The position numbers and the translations under genes were made by a program. This document shows positions 63,515-64,000 of a stretch of DNA of 64,000 nucleotides, one piece after another. This DNA is from Mytilus edulis. Its lineage: Eukaryota. The stretch spans positions 90,334,001 to 90,398,000 of the forward strand of contig NC_092351.1 of assembly GCF_963676685.1 (NCBI RefSeq). The letters run 5' to 3'. The notes under the pieces are model-generated. The model had not been told where the DNA came from and did no database searches. It worked only from the letters and a program-made list of their open reading frames with translations. How positions within the stretch are numbered: the first letter of the stretch is position 1; each line of letters begins with the position of its first letter.

Positions 63515-64000
63515 CCTGATTCACTCCGACACTTAAAGCCGCTGAACACTCTATCACGACCTACCACAATACCACCGATCTGATTGACTCCGACACTTGA
63601 AGCCGCTGAACACTCTTTCACGACCTACCACAATACCTCAGATCTGATTGACTCCGACACTTGAAGCCGATGAACACTCTATCACGACCTCCCACAACAC
63701 CACCGATCTGATTCACCCCGACACTTGAAGCCGCTGAACACTCTATCACGACCTACCACAATACCGCAGATATGATTCACTCCGACACTTGAAGCCGCTG
63801 AACACTCTATCACGACCTCCCACTACACCACCGATCTGATTCACCCCGACACTTGAAGCCGCTGAACACTCTATCACGACCTACCACAATACCACCGATC
63901 TGATTCACCCCGACACTTGAAGCCGCTAAACACTCTATCACGACCTACCACAATACCACCGATCTGATTCACCCCGACACTTGAAGCCGCTGAACACTCT
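63515..64000. repeat. 64-bp minisatellite CTGATTCACCCCGACACTTGAAGCCGCTGAACACTCTATCACGACCTACCACAATACCACCGAT
   Basis: At least 7 copies, running off the window end. Confidence 0.96.

Overview
This is AT-rich eukaryotic DNA, most likely from a bivalve mollusc. The interspersed repeats resemble Mytilus families; that is my recognition, not a database result. I find no intact host protein-coding gene, and almost every ORF in the track is a translation of a minisatellite or a repeat. The informative content is: (1) A DDE transposase pseudogene on the minus strand (Kolobok-like; TDARH / HDRN / DTWH / IESFHN motifs) that can be re-assembled in frame across ~2317-16005. It is broken by a 9.8-kb insertion, a Helentron-type (HINE) insertion and an apparent ~133-bp micro-inversion. 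(2) Inside the 9.8-kb insertion: a 7.7-kb TTAA-flanked GG...CC element with decayed exon-like segments and a bipartite inverted dyad, plus a hAT MITE and a Penelope-like fragment. (3) A 6.6-kb Sola3-like non-autonomous element with nested HINEs. (4) Two tandem ~350-365 bp retrozyme loci with hammerhead ribozyme motifs, one with an intact core, near several Penelope-like RT remnants. (5) A heavily decayed LRR plus transmembrane (TLR-like) pseudogene candidate. (6) About 15 unrelated mini- and microsatellite arrays.
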